DNA of 64,000 nucleotides from Acidimicrobiia bacterium (GCA_040510135.1 JBEVJN010000061.1:18469-82468); one strand, 5' to 3'. Counted from the first letter of the stretch, positions 9,478-18,854 are shown. Numbers and translations: made by a program. The notes: generated from the sequence alone by a model not told the origin.

Positions 9478-10197
9478 ATGGATTGGCTCGGGGCCAGGGT
9501 CGTCGCCAAGCATGATGAGACGCCTCGGGTGCGGAGCATCGTCTTCGAAGGCGCGATTTGGGAAGGGCAGATGGCCGGCCAGCACGTCGACATCAGGCTC
9601 ACCGCCGAGGATGGCTATCAAGCGCAGAGGAGCTATTCGATCGCCTCGGCACCGGAGGAGGACCTTTTGATGTTGACCGTGGAGCGGCTCGAGGCCGGGG
9701 AGGTGTCGCCATATCTGGTCGATGACCTGGCGCCTGGCGATGAGCTAGAGATGCGGGGCCCGATCGGCCGTTACTTCGTCTGGGACGCCGGGAAGAGACG
9801 CCCTCTGCTCATGATCGCAGGCGGATCGGGTGTGGTGCCGTTCCGGGCCATGCTCCGCCATCGGATGGCACAGGACGTAGATGCCCCGGCCCGTTTGCTC
9901 TACTCCTCTCGGACGATCGAGGACGTGATCTACCGCGATGAGCTATCCAGATTCGATGAAGCTGACGGAGTCGAGGTCCGTCTCGCGCTGACTCGTGGCC
10001 GACCCGAGGGTTGGGACGGCTTTGGCCGTCGCATCGACGCCGAGATCCTGTCCGAGGTGGCGTGGAAGCCTCCGGAGAAGCCGAACATCTATGTCTGCGG
10101 GCCGACCGGCTTCGTCGAGGCGGTGGCGAACTCCCTGGTCGACCTGGGTCACGACCCGGAGTCGATCAGAACCGAGCGCTTCGGGCCCACCGGCTGA
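9478..10197 (+). CDS. ferredoxin-reductase-type FAD/NAD(P)-binding oxidoreductase
   Basis: RSYSIAS FAD motif and MIAGGSGVVPFRAML NAD-binding motif. Start is ATG 9478 or in-frame GTG 9463, just after the upstream stop at 9451. Confidence 0.85.
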   Translation: MDWLGARVVAKHDETPRVRSIVFEGAIWEGQMAGQHVDIRLTAEDGYQAQRSYSIASAPEEDLLMLTVERLEAGEVSPYLVDDLAPGDELEMRGPIGRYFVWDAGKRRPLLMIAGGSGVVPFRAMLRHRMAQDVDAPARLLYSSRTIEDVIYRDELSRFDEADGVEVRLALTRGRPEGWDGFGRRIDAEILSEVAWKPPEKPNIYVCGPTGFVEAVANSLVDLGHDPESIRTERFGPTG

Positions 10198-10299
10198 TGC
10201 ACATGCACCCACTTGGGAATTAGGCGCTCGCCTTCGGGCTTGAACAAAGCAGTGTCCCGAGGAGAGTCACTGGACGACGAAATCACAGCGCCGAACCCG

Positions 10300-11826
10300 A
10301 TGACCCATCGTCAGATCCTGCTGGTCTTCAGCGGCCTGATGCTGGGTCTCTTTCTCGCTGCCCTCGATCAGACCATCGTCGCCACGGCGCTGCCCACCAT
10401 CGCGGGTGAGCTCGGCGGGCTCGATCATCTCTCCTGGGTGGTCACCGCCTATCTCCTCACCTCGACCGCTTCGGCGCCCCTGTACGGGAAGGTTTCGGAC
10501 ATGTACGGGCGGAAGATCGTCTTCCAGTTCGCCATCGTCACCTTCTTGATCGGGTCGGTCCTGGCGGGGATGTCCCAATCCATGACCCAGCTCATCGCTT
10601 TCCGGGCGATCCAGGGGCTGGGGGCCGGTGGCTTGATCGTGATGACTTTCACCATCGTCGGCGACGTGCTGTCCCCACGGGAGAGAGGGAGGTATCAGGG
10701 CTATATCGGTTCGGTGTTCGCAGTCGCATCGATCGCCGGACCGTTGCTCGGAGGCTTTTTCGTCGACAACCTGTCATGGCGGTGGGTGTTCTACATCAAT
10801 CTCCCCATCGGACTGGCCGCCCTCTTCGTGACCGCGACCGTTCTCAACCTGCCCTTCCGCCGTGTCGATCACCCGGTTGACTACCTGGGAGCTGGCCTCC
10901 TCATCGGCGGCGTCACCTCGCTACTCCTGGTAATGGTGTGGGGGGGCTCAGAGTATGGCTGGGACTCGCCAATGATCATCGGGCTATCGGTCGTCGCGGT
11001 GACGCTGCTCGGTCTGTTCCTCCTCCAGGAGCGGCGTGCTGCCGAGCCGATCCTCCCGCTTCGGCTGTTTCGCGACCGCACCTTCGTCATCACCTCGGCC
11101 ACCGGATTCATCATCGGCCTCGGCATGTTCGGAGGCATCGTCTTTCTGCCTCTGTTTCTCCAGGTGGTGATGGGGGCGTCGCCAACCAACTCGGGACTGC
11201 TGCTCATCCCGCTGATGGGAGGCGTGGTGACTTCATCGATCGTCTCCGGCCGGCTGATCACCCGCACCGGTCGCTACAAGATCTTTCCGTTGGTTGGCAC
11301 CACCCTGATGGCGGTCGGCCTTTGGCTCTTCTCGACCATGAGCACAGAAACGTCACTTCTGACCGCCTCCGTCTTCATGTTGATATTCGGCACCGGGATC
11401 GGTTTGGTCCTGCAAGTGCTCGTCATTGCAGTGCAGAACGCGGTGGAGGCGCGCGACCTCGGGGTGGCGACCTCGTCGGCCACATTCTTCCGCTCGTTGG
11501 GAGGATCCTTCGGGACTGCATTGTTCGGTGCCGTCCTCACCAGCCAGCTCGCCATTCGACTCGGCAGCCTCCTGCCGGAGGGAGCTGAGATGGGGGAGCT
11601 GACCGGGAGCACCGACCTGATCGCCCAACTCCCGGCAGGAACCAGAGAGGCGGTGGTCGATGCCTTTTCTGGCTCGATAACTACAGCGTTCGCCCTTGCC
11701 GTCCCCATCGCCGTCGCTGCACTCTTGTTGGTCGTGTTCCTACCCGAGCTGCCGCTGCGCGAATCCGCCCATGTCGGCGCGGGCGAAGCCGAGGCCACGG
11801 TCGCCCCGGGCGCGATCGGCCACTGA
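10300..11826 (+). CDS. MFS transporter, DHA2 (EmrB/QacA, 14-TMS) drug-efflux type
   Basis: Starts MTHRQILLVFSGLMLGLFLAALDQTIVATALPTIAGELGG (DHA2 signature). About 14 hydrophobic segments. The ATG at 10300 lies within the 10213 ORF. Confidence 0.85.
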   Translation: MTHRQILLVFSGLMLGLFLAALDQTIVATALPTIAGELGGLDHLSWVVTAYLLTSTASAPLYGKVSDMYGRKIVFQFAIVTFLIGSVLAGMSQSMTQLIAFRAIQGLGAGGLIVMTFTIVGDVLSPRERGRYQGYIGSVFAVASIAGPLLGGFFVDNLSWRWVFYINLPIGLAALFVTATVLNLPFRRVDHPVDYLGAGLLIGGVTSLLLVMVWGGSEYGWDSPMIIGLSVVAVTLLGLFLLQERRAAEPILPLRLFRDRTFVITSATGFIIGLGMFGGIVFLPLFLQVVMGASPTNSGLLLIPLMGGVVTSSIVSGRLITRTGRYKIFPLVGTTLMAVGLWLFSTMSTETSLLTASVFMLIFGTGIGLVLQVLVIAVQNAVEARDLGVATSSATFFRSLGGSFGTALFGAVLTSQLAIRLGSLLPEGAEMGELTGSTDLIAQLPAGTREAVVDAFSGSITTAFALAVPIAVAALLLVVFLPELPLRESAHVGAGEAEATVAPGAIGH

Positions 11827-11836
11827 CGCCGGCGGA

Positions 11837-12082
11837 TCAGTTGAGCGGGACCGTGAAACGGACCCGCCGACCAGGGCCGGGCTCGATGGTGATCGACCCT
11901 CCGTGAGCCTCGACGATGCCTTTGGCGATGGCGAGCCCGAGCCCCGTCCTGCCGGACTCGCGATTGCGGGAATCGTCGGCCCGGACAAAACGCTCGAACT
12001 CGCTATCGCCCATCTCCGTTGGGAATCCCGGGCCTTCGTCCACCACCGTGGTGATGGCCTCTGACCCGTTTCTGCTGAGCAC
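11837..12082 (-). pseudogene. C-terminal remnant of a sensor histidine kinase (HATPase_c G1/G2 region only)
   Basis: 81 codons reading VVDEGPGFP...FERFVRAD...GRTGLGLAIAKGIVEAHGGSITIEPGPGRRVRFTVPL. An in-frame TGA lies immediately upstream. No HisKA/DHp, sensor or TM region and no response regulator nearby. Confidence 0.55.
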
Positions 12083-12150
12083 GAGTCCTCATTCCTCCGG
12101 AGGCTTGATGGATTTACGGCTCCGTTGGATCGAGGCCGGGTGCCGCCGAC

Positions 12151-12557
12151 TCATCCTTCACGCCAGTCGAAGACGGGCTCGGGCGGCGCCACATGCGCCG
12201 GTCCTTGGAGCAGATCGAGCCCGTTCACGTCTCCAACGAATTCCAGCCACCAACGGTCGTAGGCCGAGCTTCGATCCCACTCACGAAGACCCATCCGAGC
12301 CAGCCCGGCCGGGGAGATGTCGTACACACGCTCACGCCAATGTCGTTGTCACGCACATGGTTGATCCAGAAGGCGTGGGCTCCGACCTCGAATCGCCGGT
12401 TCAGGTCCTGGTATTCCTCGAGATGAGGCTTCAGCTCGGTGGCCAGGTCGCGGTATCGATCCGTCTTTCCCGGTCGAAGTGGAACTGCGCTTGCGAACAG
12501 CATGCCTGCCCTTTCGTTGGTGCCGAATGGTGCCCTGTTCCATGGTCGCTCGTGCAT
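12151..12557 (-). pseudogene. small conserved-looking hypothetical protein interrupted by an apparent 2-nt frameshift in a GT tract
   Basis: The ORF 12225-12557 reads ...FWINHVRDNDIGVSV and then becomes implausible. Shifting frame at gcgTGTGTac (about 12323-12330) gives YDISPAGLARMGLREWDRSSAYDRWWLEFVGDVNGLDLLQGPAHVAPPEPVFDWREG, ending at a stop at 12151-12153. Confidence 0.45.
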
Positions 12558-12584
12558 CCTGGCGAGCCACGGCCCGATACGGTC

Positions 12585-13652
12585 ATGTACGTGCGAATTG
12601 TGTCCTTGTCGCGGCCTACCGCCGTTCTCGCCGTTCTTCTCCTCGTTTCCTGCACCAGTTCCGCGCCAAGCCAGGTTTCGACGACGATCACGACCACAAC
12701 CGTCGAACCGAGCACGTCGTCCAACGGTCCTGTTTCGACGACCACCACCACGTCACCGGTTACCACCACCACCGACGCGCCCGGAACGACTGCGGTTGCG
12801 GCGCCGACGACCACCCCCACCGTCCCACCGCCGGTGGACGACCCGCTCTATGCACCGCCGGCCGCGGGGTCCTCCGGCGATCCCTCCGCCGCATTGCCGC
12901 CCGGCGCCGAGGTCGTAACGGTGGCCTCGATCACCGACGGAGACACCCTCGACGTGCGGTTCGACGACGGGTCGGTCTTCGAGGTCAGGGTCATCGGGAC
13001 CAACTCACCCGAGTCTGGTGAGTGCTTCTCCGACGAGGCAGCGCGCGTTCTCACCGCGTTGGCCCCGCCGGGCGCCAGGATCGGCATGACCAGCGATGTG
13101 TCTGAGACCGACCAGTTCGACCGACTTCTGCGTTACTTGTGGCTCGGGGCCATGTCGATCAATGAGGAGACGGTTCGCCGCGGGGCTGCGATCTCGAGGA
13201 GCTATCCCCCGGACACGGCGATGACGGACCGGTTCGAAGAAGCCCAGGCCGAGGCGAGGGAGACGGGACTCGGCCTGTGGTCTCCCACAGCGTGCGGCCC
13301 CCGCGCCGAAGCCGCACTGGGCATCGTCGAGTTGATTTCCGATGCCCCCGGGAACGACAACGAGAACCTCAATGGAGAGTGGATCGCGATCCAGAACGAG
13401 GGTGCAGCCCCGGTCGACCTCACCGGGTGGGGCATCAAGGACGAGTCGGCCAGCCACCGGTACGCCTTCCCCCCGTCGTTCACCTTGTTCCCGCGGGAGA
13501 CTGTCACCGTACGGACCGGATGCGGGACCGATTTCGACACCGATCTCTACTGGTGCAATCAAGGCTCGGCCGTGTGGAACAACGACGGTGACACCGCCTT
13601 TATCGTCGATCCCAACGGGAACACCCACGTCGCCTATGCATATTCGGGGTGA
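12585..13652 (+). CDS. secreted lipoprotein: thermonuclease (SNase-like) domain fused to a lamin-tail domain
   Basis: The ATG at 12585 gives a signal peptide with lipobox LLVSC and a Thr/Pro-rich linker. An SNase-like core follows (ITDGDTLDVRF...VRVIGTNSPE...DRLLRYLW...EARETGLGLW), then an LTD-like tail (GNDNENLNGEWIAIQNEG...DLTGWGIKDES...FPRETVTVRTG). Confidence 0.8.
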   Translation: MYVRIVSLSRPTAVLAVLLLVSCTSSAPSQVSTTITTTTVEPSTSSNGPVSTTTTTSPVTTTTDAPGTTAVAAPTTTPTVPPPVDDPLYAPPAAGSSGDPSAALPPGAEVVTVASITDGDTLDVRFDDGSVFEVRVIGTNSPESGECFSDEAARVLTALAPPGARIGMTSDVSETDQFDRLLRYLWLGAMSINEETVRRGAAISRSYPPDTAMTDRFEEAQAEARETGLGLWSPTACGPRAEAALGIVELISDAPGNDNENLNGEWIAIQNEGAAPVDLTGWGIKDESASHRYAFPPSFTLFPRETVTVRTGCGTDFDTDLYWCNQGSAVWNNDGDTAFIVDPNGNTHVAYAYSG

Positions 13653-13716
13653 GTGCCCAGAGCGGCAATCACATGTCGGGCCCTCGCCGGGCGTTCCCCG
13701 CGACCAAACTGCACCG

Positions 13717-14940
13717 ATGCAGGTCACCGCTTCTGTGCGGAAGCGTCTCACCGCCGTCTTGTTCGGTGGTGTCGCTCTCGGATCGACGGCCTACATCGCC
13801 GCGGTGACCATCGCCACCCTCGCCGTGGACGAGATCACCGGATCTGCCGCCTTGGCCGGTGTGCCCGGCGCCACCGCCACCCTCGGGACCGCTGTGGGGA
13901 CCAGCCTGCTGACCCGGGATGTGGCGCGTCGCGGCCGTCGCCCAGGATTGGCGGCGGGTTATGCCGCGGCGGTGGTGGGCAGCGCATTGAGCATCCTCGG
14001 GCTGACCGGCGACTCCCTTCCCGTTCTCCTGATCGGGATGGCGCTCCTCGGCCTCGGAAACGCATCTGGCCACCTGGCGCGGTACGCCGCGGCCGAGATG
14101 TTTCCTGAGGACCGGAAAGGCCGGGCGCTGGGCACTGTGGTCTGGGCGGGAACCATCGGATCGGTCCTGGGCCCGGCTCTGCTCCAGCCATCGGGCCGTC
14201 TTGCGGTCGACCTGGGCCGGTCGGAGTTGGCCGGTGGATTCCTGGTGAGCTTCGTCTTCATGGGGATCGCCTTGGTTCTCTGCATCGTGGGCTTGAGACC
14301 CGACCCCGCCACTCTCGCCATCGATCGGCCAGAGCCGACCGACCAACCGCCAGTTGGCCTGGGGCCGGCGTTTCGCCTCCCCGCGGTTCGTGTCGCCCTG
14401 ATCGCCATGACCGCCGGCCAGGTCGTGATGGTGATGATCATGACCTCGACGCCCCTCCACATCCACCACCACGGCTCCGACCTGGGGATCGTCGGTCTGG
14501 TGATGAGCGCCCACACCTTGGGCATGTTCGCCTTGTCGCCGCTCACCGGAAGGCTCACCGACAGATGGGGCGGGTATCGGGTGATCATGGTGGGCATGTT
14601 TCTTCTCGGCCTCTCGGCGTTGGCAGCGGCGTACGGCCCGAACGACTCCACGGCCCTGCTGATAGTGGTCCTCTTCGCCCTCGGCTACGGCTGGAATCTG
14701 GCGTTCGTCGCCGGTAGCTCCCTGCTCACAGTCGGCGTGGGCAGTGCGATCCGGAGCCGTCTCCAGGGCAGGGTGGACTCGCTCACCTGGACCGCCGGTG
14801 CCCTGGCCAGCGTCTCTTCGGGCGTGATCTATCAGGCCAGCGACTACCGGGCCATCTCGCTGATCGGGCTGTTGCTGCTGGTCGTTCCCGTGGTCGTCAT
14901 GCTCCGGAATCGGGGCGCCCCGCTGGCGGTCGGGTCCTGA
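13717..14940 (+). CDS. MFS transporter (12-TMS type)
   Basis: The ATG at 13717 (MQVTASVRKRLTAVLFGG) is followed by about 12 hydrophobic segments. The upstream part of the 13342 ORF overlaps the nuclease gene in another frame. Confidence 0.8.
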   Translation: MQVTASVRKRLTAVLFGGVALGSTAYIAAVTIATLAVDEITGSAALAGVPGATATLGTAVGTSLLTRDVARRGRRPGLAAGYAAAVVGSALSILGLTGDSLPVLLIGMALLGLGNASGHLARYAAAEMFPEDRKGRALGTVVWAGTIGSVLGPALLQPSGRLAVDLGRSELAGGFLVSFVFMGIALVLCIVGLRPDPATLAIDRPEPTDQPPVGLGPAFRLPAVRVALIAMTAGQVVMVMIMTSTPLHIHHHGSDLGIVGLVMSAHTLGMFALSPLTGRLTDRWGGYRVIMVGMFLLGLSALAAAYGPNDSTALLIVVLFALGYGWNLAFVAGSSLLTVGVGSAIRSRLQGRVDSLTWTAGALASVSSGVIYQASDYRAISLIGLLLLVVPVVVMLRNRGAPLAVGS

Positions 14941-14951
14941 GGCGGGGAGGC

Positions 14952-16031
14952 TCAGCCCTCGGTTCGCAGCGGCCGAGGGGCCTCGGCGCTCGGGTCGAAC
15001 AGCACTTTGATCTGAGGCGACTCGCCTCTGGCCATCGGGATCAGCCCTACTTCGACCACCTGATCGAGGGGATAGACAGTCGGTGCCACCTCGGCCCAGG
15101 CACCCGGATCCGCCGCGATCAGATCCACCGCTGCGGGGAAGTCCCGGGCGAGGACATGGGCCTGGGTGCCGATGATCTCCAGCTCGTCGAGGGCGACCTC
15201 CCTGAAGTCGACGGCCACCGGCTCGGGTTGGTGACCGACGACTACCACCCGGCCACCATCGGCCACCAGACGAAGTGCGCGGAGTAGCGAGTCGGGACGA
15301 CCGGTGCATTCGAAGACGACCTTCGGTTTGTCACCATTCAGCTCCTCGGGCCCCAAGGCGGACACCTCGCTGGTGATGGCCGCTCCGAGGTGAGATGCAA
15401 TAGCCAGCCTCACCGGGTCGATGTCGACTGCAGTCACCGTCGCCCCCGAAGCCGCCGCTGCGTGAACGATGAAGCTGCCGATGCCACCGGCTCCGAGCAC
15501 CACCACCCGATCGCCGTCTTCCACCCGACCCCGGCGGGTGGCGTGCATCCCGATCGACATCGGCTGAGTCAAGGCGGCGAGATCGGGGGTGATCGCGAAC
15601 CGCGCGAGGTTGTAGCTGCACGAGGCGGGTATCACGGCGGCCTCGGCCAGACCTCCGTTGGAGTGGAGCCCGACGGTCCAATAGAAGTGACATAGATTGG
15701 TTTGACCGGATTGGCACGACGGGCATTCACCGCAGGCCACGCCCGCGCCGACCCCCACCAGGTCACCCTCGGCGAAGCCGGTGACTCCGTCACCCACCCC
15801 GATCACCCATCCCGAGAACTCGTGACCGGGGATGGTCGGGCCGGAGTGGCCGCTGTGAGGATGAGCCTCATCGACGGGAAAGAAGCGCGGGCCGTGGACG
15901 AACTCGCCGACATCGGTGCCGCAGATGCCGACCGTGGCGACGCGCACCTGTATCTCGCCAGGTCCCGGATCCGGGACCGGCACCTCTTCGAGCCGAACAT
16001 CGCCCGCCCCGTGATACCTGATTGCCCTCAC
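14952..16031 (-). CDS. zinc-dependent alcohol/polyol dehydrogenase (MDR family, butanediol/sorbitol dehydrogenase-like)
   Basis: ICGTDVGEF, GHEFSGWVIGVGDGV, structural-zinc CGECPSCQSG and Rossmann VVLGAGGIGSF motifs. Confidence 0.9.
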   Translation of the reverse strand: MRAIRYHGAGDVRLEEVPVPDPGPGEIQVRVATVGICGTDVGEFVHGPRFFPVDEAHPHSGHSGPTIPGHEFSGWVIGVGDGVTGFAEGDLVGVGAGVACGECPSCQSGQTNLCHFYWTVGLHSNGGLAEAAVIPASCSYNLARFAITPDLAALTQPMSIGMHATRRGRVEDGDRVVVLGAGGIGSFIVHAAAASGATVTAVDIDPVRLAIASHLGAAITSEVSALGPEELNGDKPKVVFECTGRPDSLLRALRLVADGGRVVVVGHQPEPVAVDFREVALDELEIIGTQAHVLARDFPAAVDLIAADPGAWAEVAPTVYPLDQVVEVGLIPMARGESPQIKVLFDPSAEAPRPLRTEG

Positions 16032-16073
16032 ACCCGCCTTTCGACATGGGGATCGTGGTGCATACTGTGCCGC

Positions 16074-16946
16074 ATGTCCACCTCACCTTCAGCCAGGGTC
16101 GGGTTCGCGGGTCTGGGGCGCATGGGCTCCCGGATTGCCACCAATGTCGCCAAGGCCGGACATCAGATGACAGTGTGGAATCGCACCACTTCGGTGGCGG
16201 AAGAATGGGCGGAGGAGAATGGCGGCGTAGTGGTCGGGACGCTCTCTGACCTGGCCGGAAGTGAGTTCCTCATCACGATGCTCGCCGATGGCGACGCCCT
16301 CGAAGAGGTGTATGCAGACGTCGCCGGGAGTCTGGGTCCCCAGACAGTTGCCATCGATATGGGCACCTCGGGCCCGGAGAGCTTCGAGAAGGTCCGAGCC
16401 TTGGTGGAGGCCCAGGGGGCGACCATGGTTGACGCCCCCGTCTCAGGAGCGACGGCGGCCGCCGAGGCTGCATCGCTGCTGGTGATGGTGGGTGCCTCCG
16501 ACGAAGTCTATCAACGCGTCGAGTCGATCCTCCAATCGGTGGGCAATCCTGTGCACGTCGGGCCCACCGGATCCGCCGCCGTGCTCAAGCTGGCGGTCAA
16601 CTCAGTGCTCTATGGGCTCAACCAGGCGGTGGCCGAGGCGGTGGCCCTGGCCGAGAAGTCCGGGGTCGCCCCGGACACCACGATCGACATCCTGGCCAAG
16701 GGAGCCGCAGGAGCGCCGATGCTCACGTATCGCCGGGAGCAATATCTCCATCCCGACCAGGCTCCGATCACGTTCACGATCGATCTGGCACGGAAGGACC
16801 TGACCCTGGCCCTGGAACAGGCCCGACGGACCGGTGCCCCGACCGGTCAGCTGGAGCGGACCATGGAGCTGATGGAGGACCTGATCGACCGGGGCTTCGG
16901 ATCCCAGGACATGGGCTACGTGGTCGAAGCCAGCCGCCGGGCTTGA
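16074..16946 (+). CDS. NAD(P)-dependent oxidoreductase, 3-hydroxyisobutyrate/6-phosphogluconate dehydrogenase-like
   Basis: The ATG at 16074 gives VGFAGLGRMGSRIATNVAKAGHQMTVWNRT (NAD-binding) and a downstream LKLAVN helix typical of the beta-hydroxyacid dehydrogenase family. Confidence 0.85.
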   Translation: MSTSPSARVGFAGLGRMGSRIATNVAKAGHQMTVWNRTTSVAEEWAEENGGVVVGTLSDLAGSEFLITMLADGDALEEVYADVAGSLGPQTVAIDMGTSGPESFEKVRALVEAQGATMVDAPVSGATAAAEAASLLVMVGASDEVYQRVESILQSVGNPVHVGPTGSAAVLKLAVNSVLYGLNQAVAEAVALAEKSGVAPDTTIDILAKGAAGAPMLTYRREQYLHPDQAPITFTIDLARKDLTLALEQARRTGAPTGQLERTMELMEDLIDRGFGSQDMGYVVEASRRA

Positions 16947-16965
16947 GACCGGGCGAGCTGCAAAC

Positions 16966-18453
16966 TCAGACTCTCTCCCCGAGCATCCGCACCACGTCGG
17001 GCTTCTGTGTCTTCCCCATCGCGTTCCGGGGCAGCGAATCGGTGAAGTGGAACTCCTTGGGCACCTTGTGTGAGGCGAGCTGGCCTTTCAGCCAGTGCTT
17101 CAGCTCCTCGCCCTCGACCGGGCCCGACGCAACCAGCACGGCAACAACCCGCTGCCCCCACTCCGGGTCGTCGATACCGACCACCGCGGCCTCGCTGATC
17201 GCCTGGTGACCGAGCAGGACATCCTCGATCTCGAGGGCGGACACCTTCTCCCCACCCGTCTTGAGGATGTCGACCGACGATCGGCCCAGGATCCGGTAGC
17301 GGCCGTTCTCGACGACGGCGGTGTCGCCGGTGCGGAACCATCCGTCGGTTGTGAAGGCGGATTCGGTGTCCTCGGGCCGCTCCCAGTACTCGAGGAAGAC
17401 GGTGGGTCCCCTCACCTGGATCTCGCCGGGCTCATCGCCGGTGACTTCGGACCCGTCGTCGCCGACAAGTCGGACCTCGACACCCGGAAGCAGCGTGCCG
17501 ACCGAGCCCGGGATCCGCTCCCCGCGGTAGGGGTTGGAAAGACCCATCCCGATCTCGGTCATCCCGTACCGCTCGAGCAGGGTGTGACCGGACAACTCAC
17601 GCCATCGTTCCAAGACCGGAACGGGCAGGGCCGCCGAGCCGGACACCATCAGCCGAAGACGGCCAACTCCCTCCAAGAAAGCAGAGTTTGCGTCGTCGGA
17701 CGCCTGGTCGAGGTGGGCGATGAGCCGGTGATAGATCGTCGGAACGGCCATGTACAGGGTCAGGTCAGTGGCGGAGAGACGGTCCACAACCTGGTCGGCC
17801 GCGAACGACGGGAGCATGTCGCAGCGTGCGCCGCTCCACAGAGCGCAACCGATAACGTTGACGATTCCGTGGATGTGGTGAAGCGGGAGAGTGAGGAGAA
17901 TGCGATCGTCTGCCTCCCACTCCCAAGCCTCGACCAACGATCGGATCTGGGCCTCGATGTTGGCGTGGGTGGTGACCACACCTTTCGGTCTGCCCGTGGT
18001 CCCGCTGGTGAAGAGGATCATGGCTCGTCGATCCGGCTCGATTCGAGGCAGCGGCACAGGGTCCTGGTTCATCTCTTCGACAAGGAGGAACCGAATACCT
18101 CTCGCTTCGGCCAGCGGGCGGAGCAAATCGGCGTATCCCGGGGAGGCGATGGCCATGACGGGCGTCGTGGTGTCGAGCACGTATTCCAGCTCGGGGGCGG
18201 GGTGGGTGAGGCAGAGCGGGACGGCGACCCCGCCGGCCCGCCAGATCGCCCACTGGACCGCGACGTAGTCGAACGATGGCTCGACCATGAACACGATTCG
18301 TGCCTCGTCGAGGTCCGTGTTGCCGTCGAGGAGACGGGCCGCGCCCCTTTCCGACCCCGCGAGCAAGACGGCGTAGGTGTGAGTCCCGGCTTGATCGGAG
18401 ATGGCAACTCTGTGGGACCATTCCCGAGCCCGGTCGATCAGTGGGAGGGTCAA
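16966..18453 (-). CDS. AMP-dependent acyl-CoA synthetase/ligase
   Basis: AMP-binding motif ILFTSGTTGRPKGV, WFRTGD, and C-terminal lysine motif PRNAMGKTQK. 495 aa. Confidence 0.9.
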   Translation of the reverse strand: MTLPLIDRAREWSHRVAISDQAGTHTYAVLLAGSERGAARLLDGNTDLDEARIVFMVEPSFDYVAVQWAIWRAGGVAVPLCLTHPAPELEYVLDTTTPVMAIASPGYADLLRPLAEARGIRFLLVEEMNQDPVPLPRIEPDRRAMILFTSGTTGRPKGVVTTHANIEAQIRSLVEAWEWEADDRILLTLPLHHIHGIVNVIGCALWSGARCDMLPSFAADQVVDRLSATDLTLYMAVPTIYHRLIAHLDQASDDANSAFLEGVGRLRLMVSGSAALPVPVLERWRELSGHTLLERYGMTEIGMGLSNPYRGERIPGSVGTLLPGVEVRLVGDDGSEVTGDEPGEIQVRGPTVFLEYWERPEDTESAFTTDGWFRTGDTAVVENGRYRILGRSSVDILKTGGEKVSALEIEDVLLGHQAISEAAVVGIDDPEWGQRVVAVLVASGPVEGEELKHWLKGQLASHKVPKEFHFTDSLPRNAMGKTQKPDVVRMLGERV

Positions 18454-18833
18454 GGCTTCAGGGGGGCGAACAGATCGACGGCGTTGCCGTCGTGGTCGTG
18501 CACCGTGGCATATCGCTGTCCCCAGGGTGCGTCGAACGGAGGCAGATAACCGTGGCCCCCGGCTGCGACCAGATCCCCGTAGAGCCCATCCACGTCGGCC
18601 GTGCTGTCGCAGAGGAAGGCGAGAGCCGTGCGCGGGCCACCACCCGTCGGCGGCTGCCAGTCGGAGAACGACATGACACTGGCCTCACTGTCGAGCATGA
18701 CCCGCAGACCGCCCGGTCCGGCCGCCTCGGCGTGGACTTCGTCGCCCTCGAACTCGAGACGCACCAGCCTGTAGAAATCGATGGCTCGGGCCATGTCGGA
18801 GACGATCACACCGATTGCGTCGAGACGTGTCAT
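18450..18833 (-). CDS. VOC (glyoxalase/bleomycin-resistance) family protein
   Basis: 127-aa ORF with 4-nt overlap with the downstream ligase gene. IGVIVSDMARAIDFYR and WGQRYATVHDHDGNAVDLF are typical VOC half-domains. Confidence 0.8.
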   Translation of the reverse strand: MTRLDAIGVIVSDMARAIDFYRLVRLEFEGDEVHAEAAGPGGLRVMLDSEASVMSFSDWQPPTGGGPRTALAFLCDSTADVDGLYGDLVAAGGHGYLPPFDAPWGQRYATVHDHDGNAVDLFAPLKP

Positions 18834-18854
18834 CGGCCCGAGTCTATGGCAGGG

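Noticed and set aside
12660-12840. ACC/ACG-rich repetitive DNA (also at 50405-50520), considered as a tandem repeat or CRISPR-like array.
   Set aside because: These are in-frame Thr/Pro-rich linker regions of secreted proteins (the nuclease lipoprotein and the CAP-domain protein). They have no repeat-spacer periodicity.
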